64,000 bases of DNA from an uncultured Nitrospiraceae bacterium (GTDB lineage: Bacteria > Nitrospirota > Thermodesulfovibrionia > Thermodesulfovibrionales > Dissulfurispiraceae), in contig CAVSHF010000005.1 in assembly GCA_963727805.1 (NCBI GenBank), forward strand, positions 704,001-768,000, given 5' to 3'. Positions 1 through 9,771 of this stretch are shown piece by piece. The position numbers were made by a program, and so were the translations under genes. Every line of letters starts with the position of its first letter. The first letter of the stretch is position 1. The notes under the pieces are model-generated. The model saw only the letters and a list, made by a program, of their open reading frames with translations, searched no databases and was not told where the DNA came from.

Positions 1-141
1 GGAGTTCGGCTTCTTAGGGGTTGTCGTATAAACCCTAACGCAAACACCGCGTTTCTGAGGACAGCTTTTGAGCGCCGGACTCTTCGTCTTCTTCTCGAGC
101 TGTTTGCGCCCATGCTTGACTAGTTGCGCGATTGTCGGCAC
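1..141 (-). CDS. rpsL: 30S ribosomal protein S12, 5' part (runs off the left edge)
   Basis: Not in the ORF track. The reverse strand reads [49 protein letters not shown], the S12 N-terminus, with GGAGG just upstream. Confidence 0.97.
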   Translation of the reverse strand, partial: MPTIAQLVKHGRKQLEKKTKSPALKSCPQKRGVCVRVYTTTPKKPNS

Positions 142-199
142 ATTTCCTCCCGTTTATAAAAATCTCTACGTTTGTTCCGATTTACCGGAAAACCTGTTA

Positions 200-228
200 A
201 GCTTACCAGAGAAAGAATATTTTGTCAA
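200..228 (-). promoter_or_regulatory. sigma70-type promoter of rpsL
   Basis: Minus strand TTGACA-17 nt-TAAGCT with a TG extended -10 element. Confidence 0.75.
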
Positions 229-461
229 GTCTTTCAGAGGTCTATCCCGCCTAATATGCGATAAGCGGGAGAGTGAAAATATAACATTTCCCGGAGGAAA
301 AAATAAAGTAGTATTTTTCCCCCAGCCATCGTATCTTTATAATATTAAGCATATAGAGGGGGGCATTATGAAAAACAAAAGTGACGTTACTTTATTCATA
401 ATCATGGTAATCACGTTTCTAGCCATGTCGACATTGGCTGGGGCTGTAAAGAGGGGGGGGG

Positions 462-1079
462 ATGGCAGACAATATCCATTGGCTCGGACACGACACCTTC
501 AAGATCACAGGAGAAAAGGTCCTTTATACCGATCCGTTCCGTCTAAAGCGGGATGATGTTGCAGATATCATTCTTGTAACGCACGAGCACTATGATCATT
601 GCTCGCCCGAAGATATTCGCAAAATTCAGGGACCGAATACTGTTATTGTCACAACAGCTGATTGCGCAAAAAAGTTGTCGGGCAAGATTGTAACGATAAA
701 ACCAGGCGATAAAATTATCGCAGCTGGGATCCAGATCGAAGTCGTCCCGGCTTATAATACGAATAAGCAGTTTCATCCAAGAACCAATGGGTGGGTCGGT
801 TATATCTTCACTATTGACTCTAAAAAGATTTATCTTGCGGGGGATACTGATTACATCCCTGAAATGAAGACTTACAAAGGGATTGATATCGCCCTGTTGC
901 CGGTTTCAGGCACGTATGTGATGACGGCGGTTGAGGCGGTCAAGGCAGCGCTTGATATTAGGCCGAAGCTAGCAATCCCGATGCATTATGGTTCTATCGT
1001 GAGCTCTCAAAAAGATGCTGAAATATTTGCAGAAAAACTTCGGGGCAAGGTGGAAGTCAATATTTTGACGGCAGAATGA
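462..1079 (+). CDS. MBL-fold metallo-hydrolase; may start at 368 with a signal peptide if the G9 tract is G8
   Basis: WLGH, TDP, THEHYDH, AGDT and PMHY motifs. Confidence 0.9.
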   Translation: MADNIHWLGHDTFKITGEKVLYTDPFRLKRDDVADIILVTHEHYDHCSPEDIRKIQGPNTVIVTTADCAKKLSGKIVTIKPGDKIIAAGIQIEVVPAYNTNKQFHPRTNGWVGYIFTIDSKKIYLAGDTDYIPEMKTYKGIDIALLPVSGTYVMTAVEAVKAALDIRPKLAIPMHYGSIVSSQKDAEIFAEKLRGKVEVNILTAE

Positions 1080-1162
1080 GGACCGTTTATTGAGGCTCTG
1101 ATGATCCAATCTGCAGTGTGTTTTCGTCACATTAACTGGAGCGGGCTTTAATTGGATAAAAA

Positions 1163-2161
1163 ATGACACGGAGAAGGATAAAACGAGAGACTATCATCGC
1201 TCTTCTCAAAGAGAGTTACGGGTATCTATCGGGAACTGAGATGGCCTCACTGCTCGGAGTCACCAGAGCCGCAGTCTGGAAAGCCGTTGGGCTATTGAAA
1301 AAAGATGGCTATGTGATCGAATCTTCTCCAGCTAAAGGATATCTCCTAGTCAAGTCCCCAGACCTTTGCCTCCCTGATATCAAAAAAATTATTTCACCTG
1401 CGAGAAAAAAAATTGGAAATGAATTATGTTTTTACAATTCCGTCCCTTCAACTAACATGATTGCCATGGAACTGGCATCTAAGGGATGCCCTGATGGGAC
1501 CGTAATTATAGCCGATGCCCAGACAGCAGGTAAGGGTCGGCTTGGCAGATCGTGGATTTCCCCCCCCGGGAAAAATCTTTATATGAGTATCGTATTAAGA
1601 CCGGGAATTTCGCCACGTGATGCGACAGCGCTGACTCTGCTCGCAGCTGTCGCCTGCACCTCTGCCATCAGACGTTCCGCTTCGATTCCCGCATCGATAA
1701 AATGGCCGAACGACCTGATTGTTGGACAGCGCAAGATGGGGGGGATTCTCACCGAAATTAAAGCTGACATCGACCGCATTATTTATGCTATAGTCGGTAT
1801 CGGCATCAATGTTAACCTAAGCCCTGAGGATATGCCCGAGGAGATAAAGGCCATTGCCACCTCAATCTTTATTGAGACTGGTGGACACTTCTCCAGATCG
1901 GAGCTTGCCGGTGCGATAATTTTGGATTTCGACAAGTGGTATGGACATCTCCTGACGAAAGGGAAAGCGGTTATCGCTGATGAGTGGCTCACGATGTCTT
2001 CGACTATAGGTGAACGCATACGCGTAGCGGCAGTAAACCAAACGTTTGAGGGCGTTGCTAAGGGAATTGATGATGACGGCCTTCTGATCCTTAAACTGAA
2101 TGACGGCACGTATCTCAAGTTGAGCGCCGGAGATGTAACTATAGTGAGAACCAAGTCATGA
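1163..2161 (+). CDS. birA: Bifunctional biotin ligase / biotin operon repressor
   Basis: N-terminal HTH (SGTEMASLLGVTRAAVWK); STN, QTAGKGRLGRSW, KWPND and KMGGIL motifs. Confidence 0.95.
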   Translation: MTRRRIKRETIIALLKESYGYLSGTEMASLLGVTRAAVWKAVGLLKKDGYVIESSPAKGYLLVKSPDLCLPDIKKIISPARKKIGNELCFYNSVPSTNMIAMELASKGCPDGTVIIADAQTAGKGRLGRSWISPPGKNLYMSIVLRPGISPRDATALTLLAAVACTSAIRRSASIPASIKWPNDLIVGQRKMGGILTEIKADIDRIIYAIVGIGINVNLSPEDMPEEIKAIATSIFIETGGHFSRSELAGAIILDFDKWYGHLLTKGKAVIADEWLTMSSTIGERIRVAAVNQTFEGVAKGIDDDGLLILKLNDGTYLKLSAGDVTIVRTKS

Positions 2162-2976
2162 AAAAGCAAAAACATGCACTTCTTGCCATTGATATCGGCA
2201 ATTCGACTATAGGGCTGGGCCTCTACCCCGATGCCTCAAGGGGGAAACCTCTTCTCGTTAATGCACTCCCATCGAACCGGAATGCATCTATGAGAACGAT
2301 ATCTAAGCGTATCAAAGAATTCGTATTTGGAGATGGCAGGTCCTTTCCTTCCAAAGATATCGGCGTCGTCATTTCCTCTGTTGTTCCAACCCTTACCCGC
2401 AAGGTTTTTACGGCAGTCAAGGACCTTTGCAAAAAACCTTTAATTGTGGACCATCATATGATTAAGGAGCTCTCTTTTGAAGTTTGCCAACCCGAAATGA
2501 TCGGCCCGGACAGGCTTGTCAATGCACTTGCCGGACTCTGTTTATTCGGCAAGCCTGTGGCCATTATCGATTTTGGCACGGCGACAACTATCACCGTGAT
2601 TGGCGAGCATGCGATTTTTCTGGGCGGCGCAATCATGCCCGGTATCGACATGATGAGAGAATCCCTAGCTGCAAAGACTGCAAAACTCCCCAAAGTCTCT
2701 CTCTCTGCGCCGTGCTCTGTAATAGGTCGTGATACGGCATCTGCAATAACATCTGGCATCATTCATGGCACTGCGGGAGCCGTAAACAACCTTGTAACTG
2801 GCATAGAGAGGGAAGCTCACAAAAAACTCCTCGTAATTCTGACAGGAGGTCACGCCGGTCTCATTTCTCCCTTCCTGAAAAAAGAACATCTCCTGCTTCC
2901 TCATTTGGTTTTTGAAGGTATGCGACATATATTCATTCACCATTCGGGACACATCGGCCATAATTGTGTATACTAA
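2158..2976 (+). CDS. coaX: Type III pantothenate kinase
   Basis: IDIGNS, SSVVP, GPDR, IDFGTATT, GGAIMPG and TGG motifs; follows birA. Confidence 0.93.
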   Translation: MKKQKHALLAIDIGNSTIGLGLYPDASRGKPLLVNALPSNRNASMRTISKRIKEFVFGDGRSFPSKDIGVVISSVVPTLTRKVFTAVKDLCKKPLIVDHHMIKELSFEVCQPEMIGPDRLVNALAGLCLFGKPVAIIDFGTATTITVIGEHAIFLGGAIMPGIDMMRESLAAKTAKLPKVSLSAPCSVIGRDTASAITSGIIHGTAGAVNNLVTGIEREAHKKLLVILTGGHAGLISPFLKKEHLLLPHLVFEGMRHIFIHHSGHIGHNCVY

Positions 2977-3011
2977 GTCCATGCACCGCATATCATAAAG
3001 GAGGTCTCATT

Positions 3012-3455
3012 ATGGAAATCAAAAAAATCCTGTTCACCACCGACTTTTCCGAAGGAGCATCGTATTCATTGTCTTATGCCTTAGATGTCGCAAAAACTTA
3101 CGGGGCAAAGCTATATCTTCTACATGTCATACATGACATAACCATGTCCCCGGGCATGCACATACCGCACGGTTCGGCGGATATCATGAACAAGGAACTG
3201 GAAACAAATGCGATCAAGACCTTGGAAAAACTGCGGGTTACGGTTTGCGAAGACTACAAAAACACCGAAAGTAGCGTAGTGTTTGGCATTCCTTATGAGG
3301 AGATTCTAAAATTCGTAACAGAAAAGGGGATCAATCTTATTGTCATTGGTACCCACGGAAGGAAGGGCCTCGATCGTGTCCTCTTCGGAAGCACTGCTGA
3401 GCGCGTCGTGAGAAACTCGTCCTGCCCTGTACTTACCGTAAGAATGCCTATTTAG
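3012..3455 (+). CDS. Universal stress protein (UspA family)
   Basis: ILFTTDFSE and IVIGTHGRKGLDRVLFGSTAERVVRNSSCPVL; GGAGG before the ATG at 3012. Confidence 0.93.
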   Translation: MEIKKILFTTDFSEGASYSLSYALDVAKTYGAKLYLLHVIHDITMSPGMHIPHGSADIMNKELETNAIKTLEKLRVTVCEDYKNTESSVVFGIPYEEILKFVTEKGINLIVIGTHGRKGLDRVLFGSTAERVVRNSSCPVLTVRMPI

Positions 3456-3512
3456 AAATACTCAGGCGATTATTGAGAAATTCGAAATCCCTGTTTTCTG
3501 CATGCTGCTACA

Positions 3513-4640
3513 ATGGTCAGAACAGAGGTCCTGATTGTCGGCGGTGGCCCCGCAGGAGCTACCGCCGCCAGATTTCTTGCTACGGCTGGTATCGATACCA
3601 TTCTTGTAGAGCGAGACTTTTCCTATGTGAAGCCTTGCGGCGGAGGGATCCCCTCGGGAGGTTTTCGTGAATTCGCCTTACCCGAAAGCATCATCAAAAA
3701 AAAGGTCGGGATAATAATCATTGTTTCGCCTGAAGGCCGGAGGATAGAACTGCCCCTGACTGGCGGCCATATCTGCATCACTGAGCGTGGCACCCTCGAC
3801 TCGACACTCAGAGGATTGGCCGCAGAAAAAGGCGCTTCTATTGTCGAGGGGGAATTCATCAACGTCGAACAAGGCATCGGAACCTCTATTTCATCTGTGA
3901 GAAAGAAAGTGGGTGGAGAGACCATACAGATACGGTCTAATTATATAATCGCCTCTGACGGGATCACCTTCAGCGTCGGCAGAAAGTGTGGTCTTCCAAG
4001 GCATCAGTTCTTGTATACCATTAGCGCTCAAATCCATCCCTTCACTATCGATGCCTGCGAGTTTTGGTTTGGAACGGGTCATGCATCGAACTTTTATTCC
4101 TGGATCTTTCCCTCGGATGGCTGTGCCTCTATCGGCACAGGGGGTAAAAACCCTCGTGAACTCCACGGGTTGCTGAACAATTTCTTAGGCAGGCGATTCG
4201 AGGGCCAACTGGAATCGTTTCTTGCTAATAATGTCATCGCACGTCCACGCGTCTTTCCAATCCCTACCTGGAGAGGGAATCCTGTAACCTTGGGGAATAT
4301 CCTCTTCCTGGGAGATGCCGCCGGGATGGTCATGCCGGTAACATACGAAGGCATCTACTATGCTATGAAGTCTGGCCAATTTGCAGCAATGGCAATCATT
4401 GAAAAGAAACCTGAAAATTACCGGAAACTTTGGGAGGGCAGATTTAAGAACAGGTTCTCGATAATGAACAAGTTTAAGGACCATTTTTTTAAATCCGACG
4501 AATCCATCGAACGATGGGTTGAGACCCACCGATCGACAACTGTGCAGGAACTTGCCGTAAGATTGTGGCTTCAAAAAGAGTCTGGGTCGCGACATCTCTT
4601 CTCATATTTGAAAGCCTTCGGCAGTTTCTTCAACAGCTAG
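3513..4640 (+). CDS. Geranylgeranyl reductase family FAD-dependent oxidoreductase
   Basis: GGGPAG, KPCGGG, YSWIFP, GDAAG and EGIYYAM motifs. Confidence 0.88.
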   Translation: MVRTEVLIVGGGPAGATAARFLATAGIDTILVERDFSYVKPCGGGIPSGGFREFALPESIIKKKVGIIIIVSPEGRRIELPLTGGHICITERGTLDSTLRGLAAEKGASIVEGEFINVEQGIGTSISSVRKKVGGETIQIRSNYIIASDGITFSVGRKCGLPRHQFLYTISAQIHPFTIDACEFWFGTGHASNFYSWIFPSDGCASIGTGGKNPRELHGLLNNFLGRRFEGQLESFLANNVIARPRVFPIPTWRGNPVTLGNILFLGDAAGMVMPVTYEGIYYAMKSGQFAAMAIIEKKPENYRKLWEGRFKNRFSIMNKFKDHFFKSDESIERWVETHRSTTVQELAVRLWLQKESGSRHLFSYLKAFGSFFNS

Positions 4641-4690
4641 CCCCCGAGGCACTTACCACAAAGTAAGCTTTTACGTTAAAATAGAATATC

Positions 4691-5527
4691 TTGAAGCGAT
4701 ATTTCGTTTATTCAATTATCATTCATATTTTAATTGTGCTCATCGCCTTTTTTCTAATCCCGGACAAGAGAGAAAAGGGGCCAAAGCCGTTCATTGCACG
4801 CCTCGTTACACCTGAGGAAATAACACGAGAAGAAAGAAAAGAGGAAAAAAAAACGGTCCCGCAGAAGGAAGATACTATAAGCAAAAACGACGTAAACAGC
4901 CGCAGTCATTCCGTTGAAAGAAACACTCCAAAAGTTTTATCCGGCATCCCAACGAGCCCTTCAGCAAAGAAGGTTCCTGTGGGGCCACGTGCTTTAACTA
5001 AAGAGTTGCCATCGGCGGGAGAAGCTGCAAAACCTCTTTCCGATGTCGGAAGCGAAAAAGGTTATGCAGGTGAAAATAGGACAGCGCGCCCAGGGAAATC
5101 GCCTGTCCCCGGAGAACCCACCCTAAGGGAAAAGCTCTTTGATCGAGAAATCATAGGAAAATTGTCCAAGACAGATCAGGAGGGCACGAAAGAAGGCAGT
5201 TCCATCACTTTCGACTCAACCGAATTCAAGTATTACGGATATATGCAACGTCTGAGGGAAAAGATCGAAAGCGTCTGGCGATATCCGCCTGATGCCGCTG
5301 CACGGGGAATATACGGAGACCTACATATACAGTTTACGATTAAAAAAAATGGAGAACTTGGGGCCATTCAATTGATTAGGACATCGGGGTATAAAAGCCT
5401 TGATGATGCCGCTATCAAGGCTCTGCGGGATGCCGGGCCTTATTGGTCGCTTGACAATATTGGGACCGACAGTCTTACTATCACAGGACATTTCATTTAT
5501 TTAAATGGAGCATATTATATTAGATAA
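4691..5527 (+). CDS. TonB/TolA-family energy transducer
   Basis: N-terminal TM helix with SxxxH, charged Pro-rich linker, C-terminal YPPDAAARGIYG...SGYKSLDDAA domain; TTG start. Confidence 0.82.
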   Translation: MKRYFVYSIIIHILIVLIAFFLIPDKREKGPKPFIARLVTPEEITREERKEEKKTVPQKEDTISKNDVNSRSHSVERNTPKVLSGIPTSPSAKKVPVGPRALTKELPSAGEAAKPLSDVGSEKGYAGENRTARPGKSPVPGEPTLREKLFDREIIGKLSKTDQEGTKEGSSITFDSTEFKYYGYMQRLREKIESVWRYPPDAAARGIYGDLHIQFTIKKNGELGAIQLIRTSGYKSLDDAAIKALRDAGPYWSLDNIGTDSLTITGHFIYLNGAYYIR

Positions 5528-5561
5528 TAGAGTATGGTTTTTATGGAGCGTGTTTCCTGTC

Positions 5562-5801
5562 ATGTGTAAAAGACTTTTTCTAAAAACGGGGGATAGGGTA
5601 AAGCATCTCAATTATGCCCGATGGGGCATCGGAGAAGTCGTTGAAGAAAAGCACTCCAGGCTTCCGGGAGGTTTCTGTCTCGTGCGGATTCTCTTTCAGG
5701 ACGGCCACGAACGGTCATTCATCAACGACCTGAACAACGATCTCTGCTGCTATTATTCAGGGATCAGACTGATGGGAGATTTCAATATGTGGAAATGTTG
5801 A
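5562..5801 (+). CDS. Small conserved hypothetical protein (DUF3553-like)
   Basis: GDRVKH...WGIGEV...VRILF..G.ERSF pattern; start could be 5505 or 5562. Confidence 0.65.
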   Translation: MCKRLFLKTGDRVKHLNYARWGIGEVVEEKHSRLPGGFCLVRILFQDGHERSFINDLNNDLCCYYSGIRLMGDFNMWKC

Positions 5802-5806
5802 ATAAT

Positions 5807-5842
5807 AAAGGGGATGCGGCCGCAGCAGGCCTCATCCCCTTT
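5807..5842. terminator. Probable bidirectional intrinsic terminator
   Basis: AAAGGGGATG/CATCCCCTTT inverted repeat between the converging DUF3553-like gene and pilQ. Confidence 0.7.
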
Positions 5843-5862
5843 GATGTTATTTTCTCGTGATA

Positions 5863-8100
5863 TTACTGAGAAATTCTCGGGGTTATAAAGATAAGAAGCT
5901 CGGTCTTATGGCTTTCCGTAGTGTCCTTCTTGAAGAGCCAGCCTAAGATCGGAACCTTTCCAAGGCCCGGAACCTGATTATTGTCATTAGTATCGTTGCT
6001 CGTTATAATACCGCCTATGACTACCGTCTCTCCGTCGTTCAGCATAACCTGGGTCAAAGCCTGTTTTATGTCAATAGCAGGGTTACCCAGAAAGTCCTTA
6101 TTGGTAAAATCGGGCTGATCTTTATTAACTTCTACTCTAAGCTGAATGGACCCGTCTGGAGCAATCTGCGGCGTAACCGTAAGTTTCAGGTTCGCGTCGA
6201 TATAAGTCGTTGTGTAGGCACTAGTCCCTCCAGACGAGGATTGTAAGGTTGTCACGGGGATTTTTTTGCCCTGCTTTATTACAGCAGATCGATTGTCGAG
6301 TGTCAGAATCTTGGGACTCGAAACAATTTTGGCCCTTCCGGTATCTTCGATAGCCGAAAGCCTGAGATCGATTCCTAAAGTCTGAGCTCGATTCAGAAAT
6401 CCGAGGGTTATGGCGCTGGTAGGATTAGTCAAAGTTGAGGTAGCGGCTGGCAAATTAACCACACCTGGCGCATTTATAGTTCTAGTTATTGTTCCGGTAG
6501 TCGGGTCGATAATATTGAAACCACCGCCGGGAATATTACTCACACTTGCGCCGGAACTTCCCCCTGCTGACGCTACCGACCCTGGCAAAGACCCTCTAGA
6601 GAATGCCTGAAGGCCCCAATCAACGCCGAGGCTATGTACATAATCATTATTCATTTCTACTATTCTTGCCTCGATGAGCACCTGCCGTGTAGGCTTGTCG
6701 AGGATATTCAGGAGTCGCTCGACCTCTTCTATGCTGGATGGTATGTCTTTTACAATGAGAGAGCGGGTTCTGGAATCAAAGCTTATAGTTCCCCTCGGCG
6801 AGAGTATTTTCCCTTTCTCTATCATATCCTTGAGTCCTGGTATTCTTCTATCTTGTTTTGTTATTTCGTCATGTTCTGTTATTTCGTCGACATTGGCATA
6901 ATTTATTGTAAACAATTTTGTAGAAATGTCTTCGGCTTTTCCGAAGAGTTCTTTGTTTTCAGCCATAGATTTCTTCTCATCCTGGAAGGCCTTAATGGTT
7001 GCAATCCTAATGATATTCCCTTCGACCACCTTCTCCAGATTAAAGGTCTTAAGTAAGATATCCATAGCCTGATTCCAGGGCACATTCATGAGCTTCATGG
7101 TAATCTTTCCTTTAACATCCGGGTGAACGACCATATTGTACCCGCCCACATCACCTAAAAGTCTCAGTATGGGAACAATATCCGCATCCTGGAAATCTAG
7201 AGAAATAACCTTAGTGCCGTTTACCACTTTGTCCTGAAATTCAGCGCTCTTTTCCGATCCGGATTTAGCAATCTTTTTTTCTTTCGTAAAAATATCCACA
7301 ACCACTTCATCATCGAGTATGAAGACTTCCGTATTCGTCTTTTCTGCCAAGCTGATGACAAATTTGAGCCTATCCTGTTCAGCCCTCACTTTAATATCCT
7401 TGACTCGTGCCGGGATTTTTGAAGGCAGAGCAGCCTTCATAGATACGCCCGGTATTTCAAGAATAACGGTGCCTTCCAGTTGATAGACAGTTGGCTCCAT
7501 CAGCTTGCCGTCTGCCTTTAGTATAAGTTCCAGCGTGTCTCCATCTTTGTCGAAGGACACTTCCGTAATTGATCGTGCAACCCCATCCTTACTCTTCGAT
7601 AACGGTTCCCCCTTGATTGACGGCTGTTTCATATCAACGGCCGTTTCGAGGGTCAGAACGAGCGTGTCATCCTTCACCTCGGCCTTAACCTCGGTAGGAG
7701 ATTGAAGTAGAATAGTCAGGCGTGCGGCAAGAGAAGGGGTTTCCACCTGTGATGGAATAATCTCTGTAACCCCTGATACGGTCGAGACTATCTTCTCCCT
7801 GAATTGCCCAATCGATGTTCCATCGAGTTCAACCGTTAGAGTAAAAGGGTCCGCTGGTTTATTCATAGTATATCTTATGGGGCCTTGAACCTTAATGCGA
7901 ATTGAGTTGTCCATCATCGATATATCGGTGATAACCGATGAACCGTCACTCACCTTGCTCTCGGCTGCAGAGGCACTCCCCATCAGTCCGAATATGATCA
8001 GCATTAGGGCCACACAAAATACCCACCCGCAAAAACTGCGAGAAGTCTCCCCTGTATCGGCCCTCTTTTTTAATTCCATTCCTGAAACTATCGAATTCAT
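5863..8100 (-). CDS. pilQ: Type IV pilus secretin
   Basis: AMIN-like N-terminal region, ISLDFQDADI, VPWNQAMD, QVLIEARIVE, GETVVIGG, VPGLGKVPILGWLF, ELLIFITPRI. Confidence 0.95.
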   Translation of the reverse strand: MNSIVSGMELKKRADTGETSRSFCGWVFCVALMLIIFGLMGSASAAESKVSDGSSVITDISMMDNSIRIKVQGPIRYTMNKPADPFTLTVELDGTSIGQFREKIVSTVSGVTEIIPSQVETPSLAARLTILLQSPTEVKAEVKDDTLVLTLETAVDMKQPSIKGEPLSKSKDGVARSITEVSFDKDGDTLELILKADGKLMEPTVYQLEGTVILEIPGVSMKAALPSKIPARVKDIKVRAEQDRLKFVISLAEKTNTEVFILDDEVVVDIFTKEKKIAKSGSEKSAEFQDKVVNGTKVISLDFQDADIVPILRLLGDVGGYNMVVHPDVKGKITMKLMNVPWNQAMDILLKTFNLEKVVEGNIIRIATIKAFQDEKKSMAENKELFGKAEDISTKLFTINYANVDEITEHDEITKQDRRIPGLKDMIEKGKILSPRGTISFDSRTRSLIVKDIPSSIEEVERLLNILDKPTRQVLIEARIVEMNNDYVHSLGVDWGLQAFSRGSLPGSVASAGGSSGASVSNIPGGGFNIIDPTTGTITRTINAPGVVNLPAATSTLTNPTSAITLGFLNRAQTLGIDLRLSAIEDTGRAKIVSSPKILTLDNRSAVIKQGKKIPVTTLQSSSGGTSAYTTTYIDANLKLTVTPQIAPDGSIQLRVEVNKDQPDFTNKDFLGNPAIDIKQALTQVMLNDGETVVIGGIITSNDTNDNNQVPGLGKVPILGWLFKKDTTESHKTELLIFITPRISQ

Positions 8101-8588
8101 TCTTCTTCCTCCCCGCGGAGTCTTAATACAATGTCTCGTGGACTCATAACACCTCTCGCATCCCTGACATGCTCCTTAATGACCACATTGTCCTTCACTA
8201 TTTTCGAGATTACACCATTATGGGTCCCAACCTTGGTTCCATCAGTTACTGTGTAAGATTTGCTGTCAGGCAGCGAAAATACCGCATAATACTTATTTTT
8301 GGCCCACAGGATGGCGATGACCTTCATTTCAGCGATTTCATATGTTTCAAGGGGTGAAACGCCCTTTTCGCGTCCACCTTCCCGTTTCGATACCAGCGGA
8401 GCAAAAGGGTCCCTTCTGTCAAGCCCTCTATACTCATAGGCACCGTCTCTGGGAGCACTCCCCCCTTGAGCTGCCTCAACCCCAGCGGGTTGTGCTGCAA
8501 ACACATCATGTCCCGCAGGGTGCACTCCGATAACGATGCAGGCCACCGCAATTATGAATATAAAAACAAGCACCTTTCTTGCCATCAT
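8097..8588 (-). CDS. pilP: Type IV pilus assembly protein PilP
   Basis: RRDPF and PLETYE motifs; position in pilMNOPQ. Confidence 0.88.
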   Translation of the reverse strand: MMARKVLVFIFIIAVACIVIGVHPAGHDVFAAQPAGVEAAQGGSAPRDGAYEYRGLDRRDPFAPLVSKREGGREKGVSPLETYEIAEMKVIAILWAKNKYYAVFSLPDSKSYTVTDGTKVGTHNGVISKIVKDNVVIKEHVRDARGVMSPRDIVLRLRGEEEE

Positions 8589-9196
8589 TTTTTCCCTTTT
8601 TCCGCCTTCTCCAATGCCTTCTTTTCCGCTTCCGGTATTGAAGAATAAGTCACAGCCGTAAAAGTTACGGCCAAGGTGGCGGACCCCTTCCTCGAAATCT
8701 TGCCAGTACTCTTCATTGATACATTATTCAAATTGACTATCCTTTCAAGTCTCGTAATGTTGCTAAAAAATTGGCCTATCCTGTGATAGATGCCTCGCAT
8801 TTCGACATTCACCGGGATTTCGTAAACATCTTTACTCGGGTGTACCGTCTTTGCGGCAGGCCGCCAGAGAACGATTTCGAGACCCGACTTCAGTCCGAGA
8901 TCAGACACCTGTTTCAATAGACCGGAAACTTCTTTTTCTTCCGGAAGTTTAGCCTCAAGTTCTGCCAGCCTCTTCGTCGAAGCCTCATTTTCAGCTATCA
9001 GGGAGGTCAGCCGATTAGCCTGTTGCGCGGTCAGTTGGATGGCGGTCCGCTGCTTTTCAACATCGGCGGCAACCCGACTCCTTTCATCAAGCGTCGGTAA
9101 TATCAGGAAAGTTACACTCAGAACAATAATCAACAGGGGGGGTAATATAAGAAGGATATTCTTTTTTGCAGGGCTCAGATTATCAATGCTTTCCAT
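8585..9196 (-). CDS. pilO: Type IV pilus assembly protein PilO
   Basis: TM helix plus coiled coil; LPEEKEVSGLL, YEIPV, LERIV. Confidence 0.92.
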   Translation of the reverse strand: MESIDNLSPAKKNILLILPPLLIIVLSVTFLILPTLDERSRVAADVEKQRTAIQLTAQQANRLTSLIAENEASTKRLAELEAKLPEEKEVSGLLKQVSDLGLKSGLEIVLWRPAAKTVHPSKDVYEIPVNVEMRGIYHRIGQFFSNITRLERIVNLNNVSMKSTGKISRKGSATLAVTFTAVTYSSIPEAEKKALEKAEKGKK

Positions 9197-9198
9197 AG

Positions 9199-9771
9199 TT
9201 ATATCTTGACCTTAAAATTCAGTTTGAAGTTATACACATCCGTCTTATCTACCGTAGCCTGTTTAGTTTCCTCAAGATATACGTCCGAGTAAGTAGGCGC
9301 TTTCTTGAGGTTTTCAACGAAGGCAACAACATCCATATTAGTAAACCCGATGCCTTCAATTGTTACCTGGGGATTGTTATAAGCAACTGCCGAGAGCCAA
9401 ATTCCGTCCGGAAGCAAATTACTTATGTCGTCAAGGAGTCTTACTGGCACCGATTGATTCTTCTTGAGGTTCTCGATAAGACTGGATTTCTGCTGGATAG
9501 CCTTATTCAAGGCCTCATATTTATTGACCTCATCGATCTTCTTCTTGAACTCCACTATCTTTCCCTGATTAGCACCATACTCCGATTTTAAATCCGCAAC
9601 CTTCATTTTCAGGAAAAGAACAACCAGCGCCATAACAAGAATTGTCGTTCCTGTCGCAATCGCGAGAAGAGTTAGAAAAGCCATGCCCGTCTTTTGCTCC
9701 CCTGTAACAGGAATTTCAGCTTTTTTTTGCTTTTTCTGTTTCCTTTCGGCCAGCAGGTTGATCCGTATCAT
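9199..9771 (-). CDS. pilN: Type IV pilus assembly protein PilN
   Basis: MIRINLL N-terminal motif, TM helix, LPDGIWL. Confidence 0.92.
   Translation of the reverse strand: MIRINLLAERKQKKQKKAEIPVTGEQKTGMAFLTLLAIATGTTILVMALVVLFLKMKVADLKSEYGANQGKIVEFKKKIDEVNKYEALNKAIQQKSSLIENLKKNQSVPVRLLDDISNLLPDGIWLSAVAYNNPQVTIEGIGFTNMDVVAFVENLKKAPTYSDVYLEETKQATVDKTDVYNFKLNFKVKI

Noticed and set aside
68..556. 162-aa plus-strand ORF
   Set aside because: It overlaps rpsL antisense and its promoter; only the segment from the ATG at 368 looks meaningful, and that is reported as a finding.
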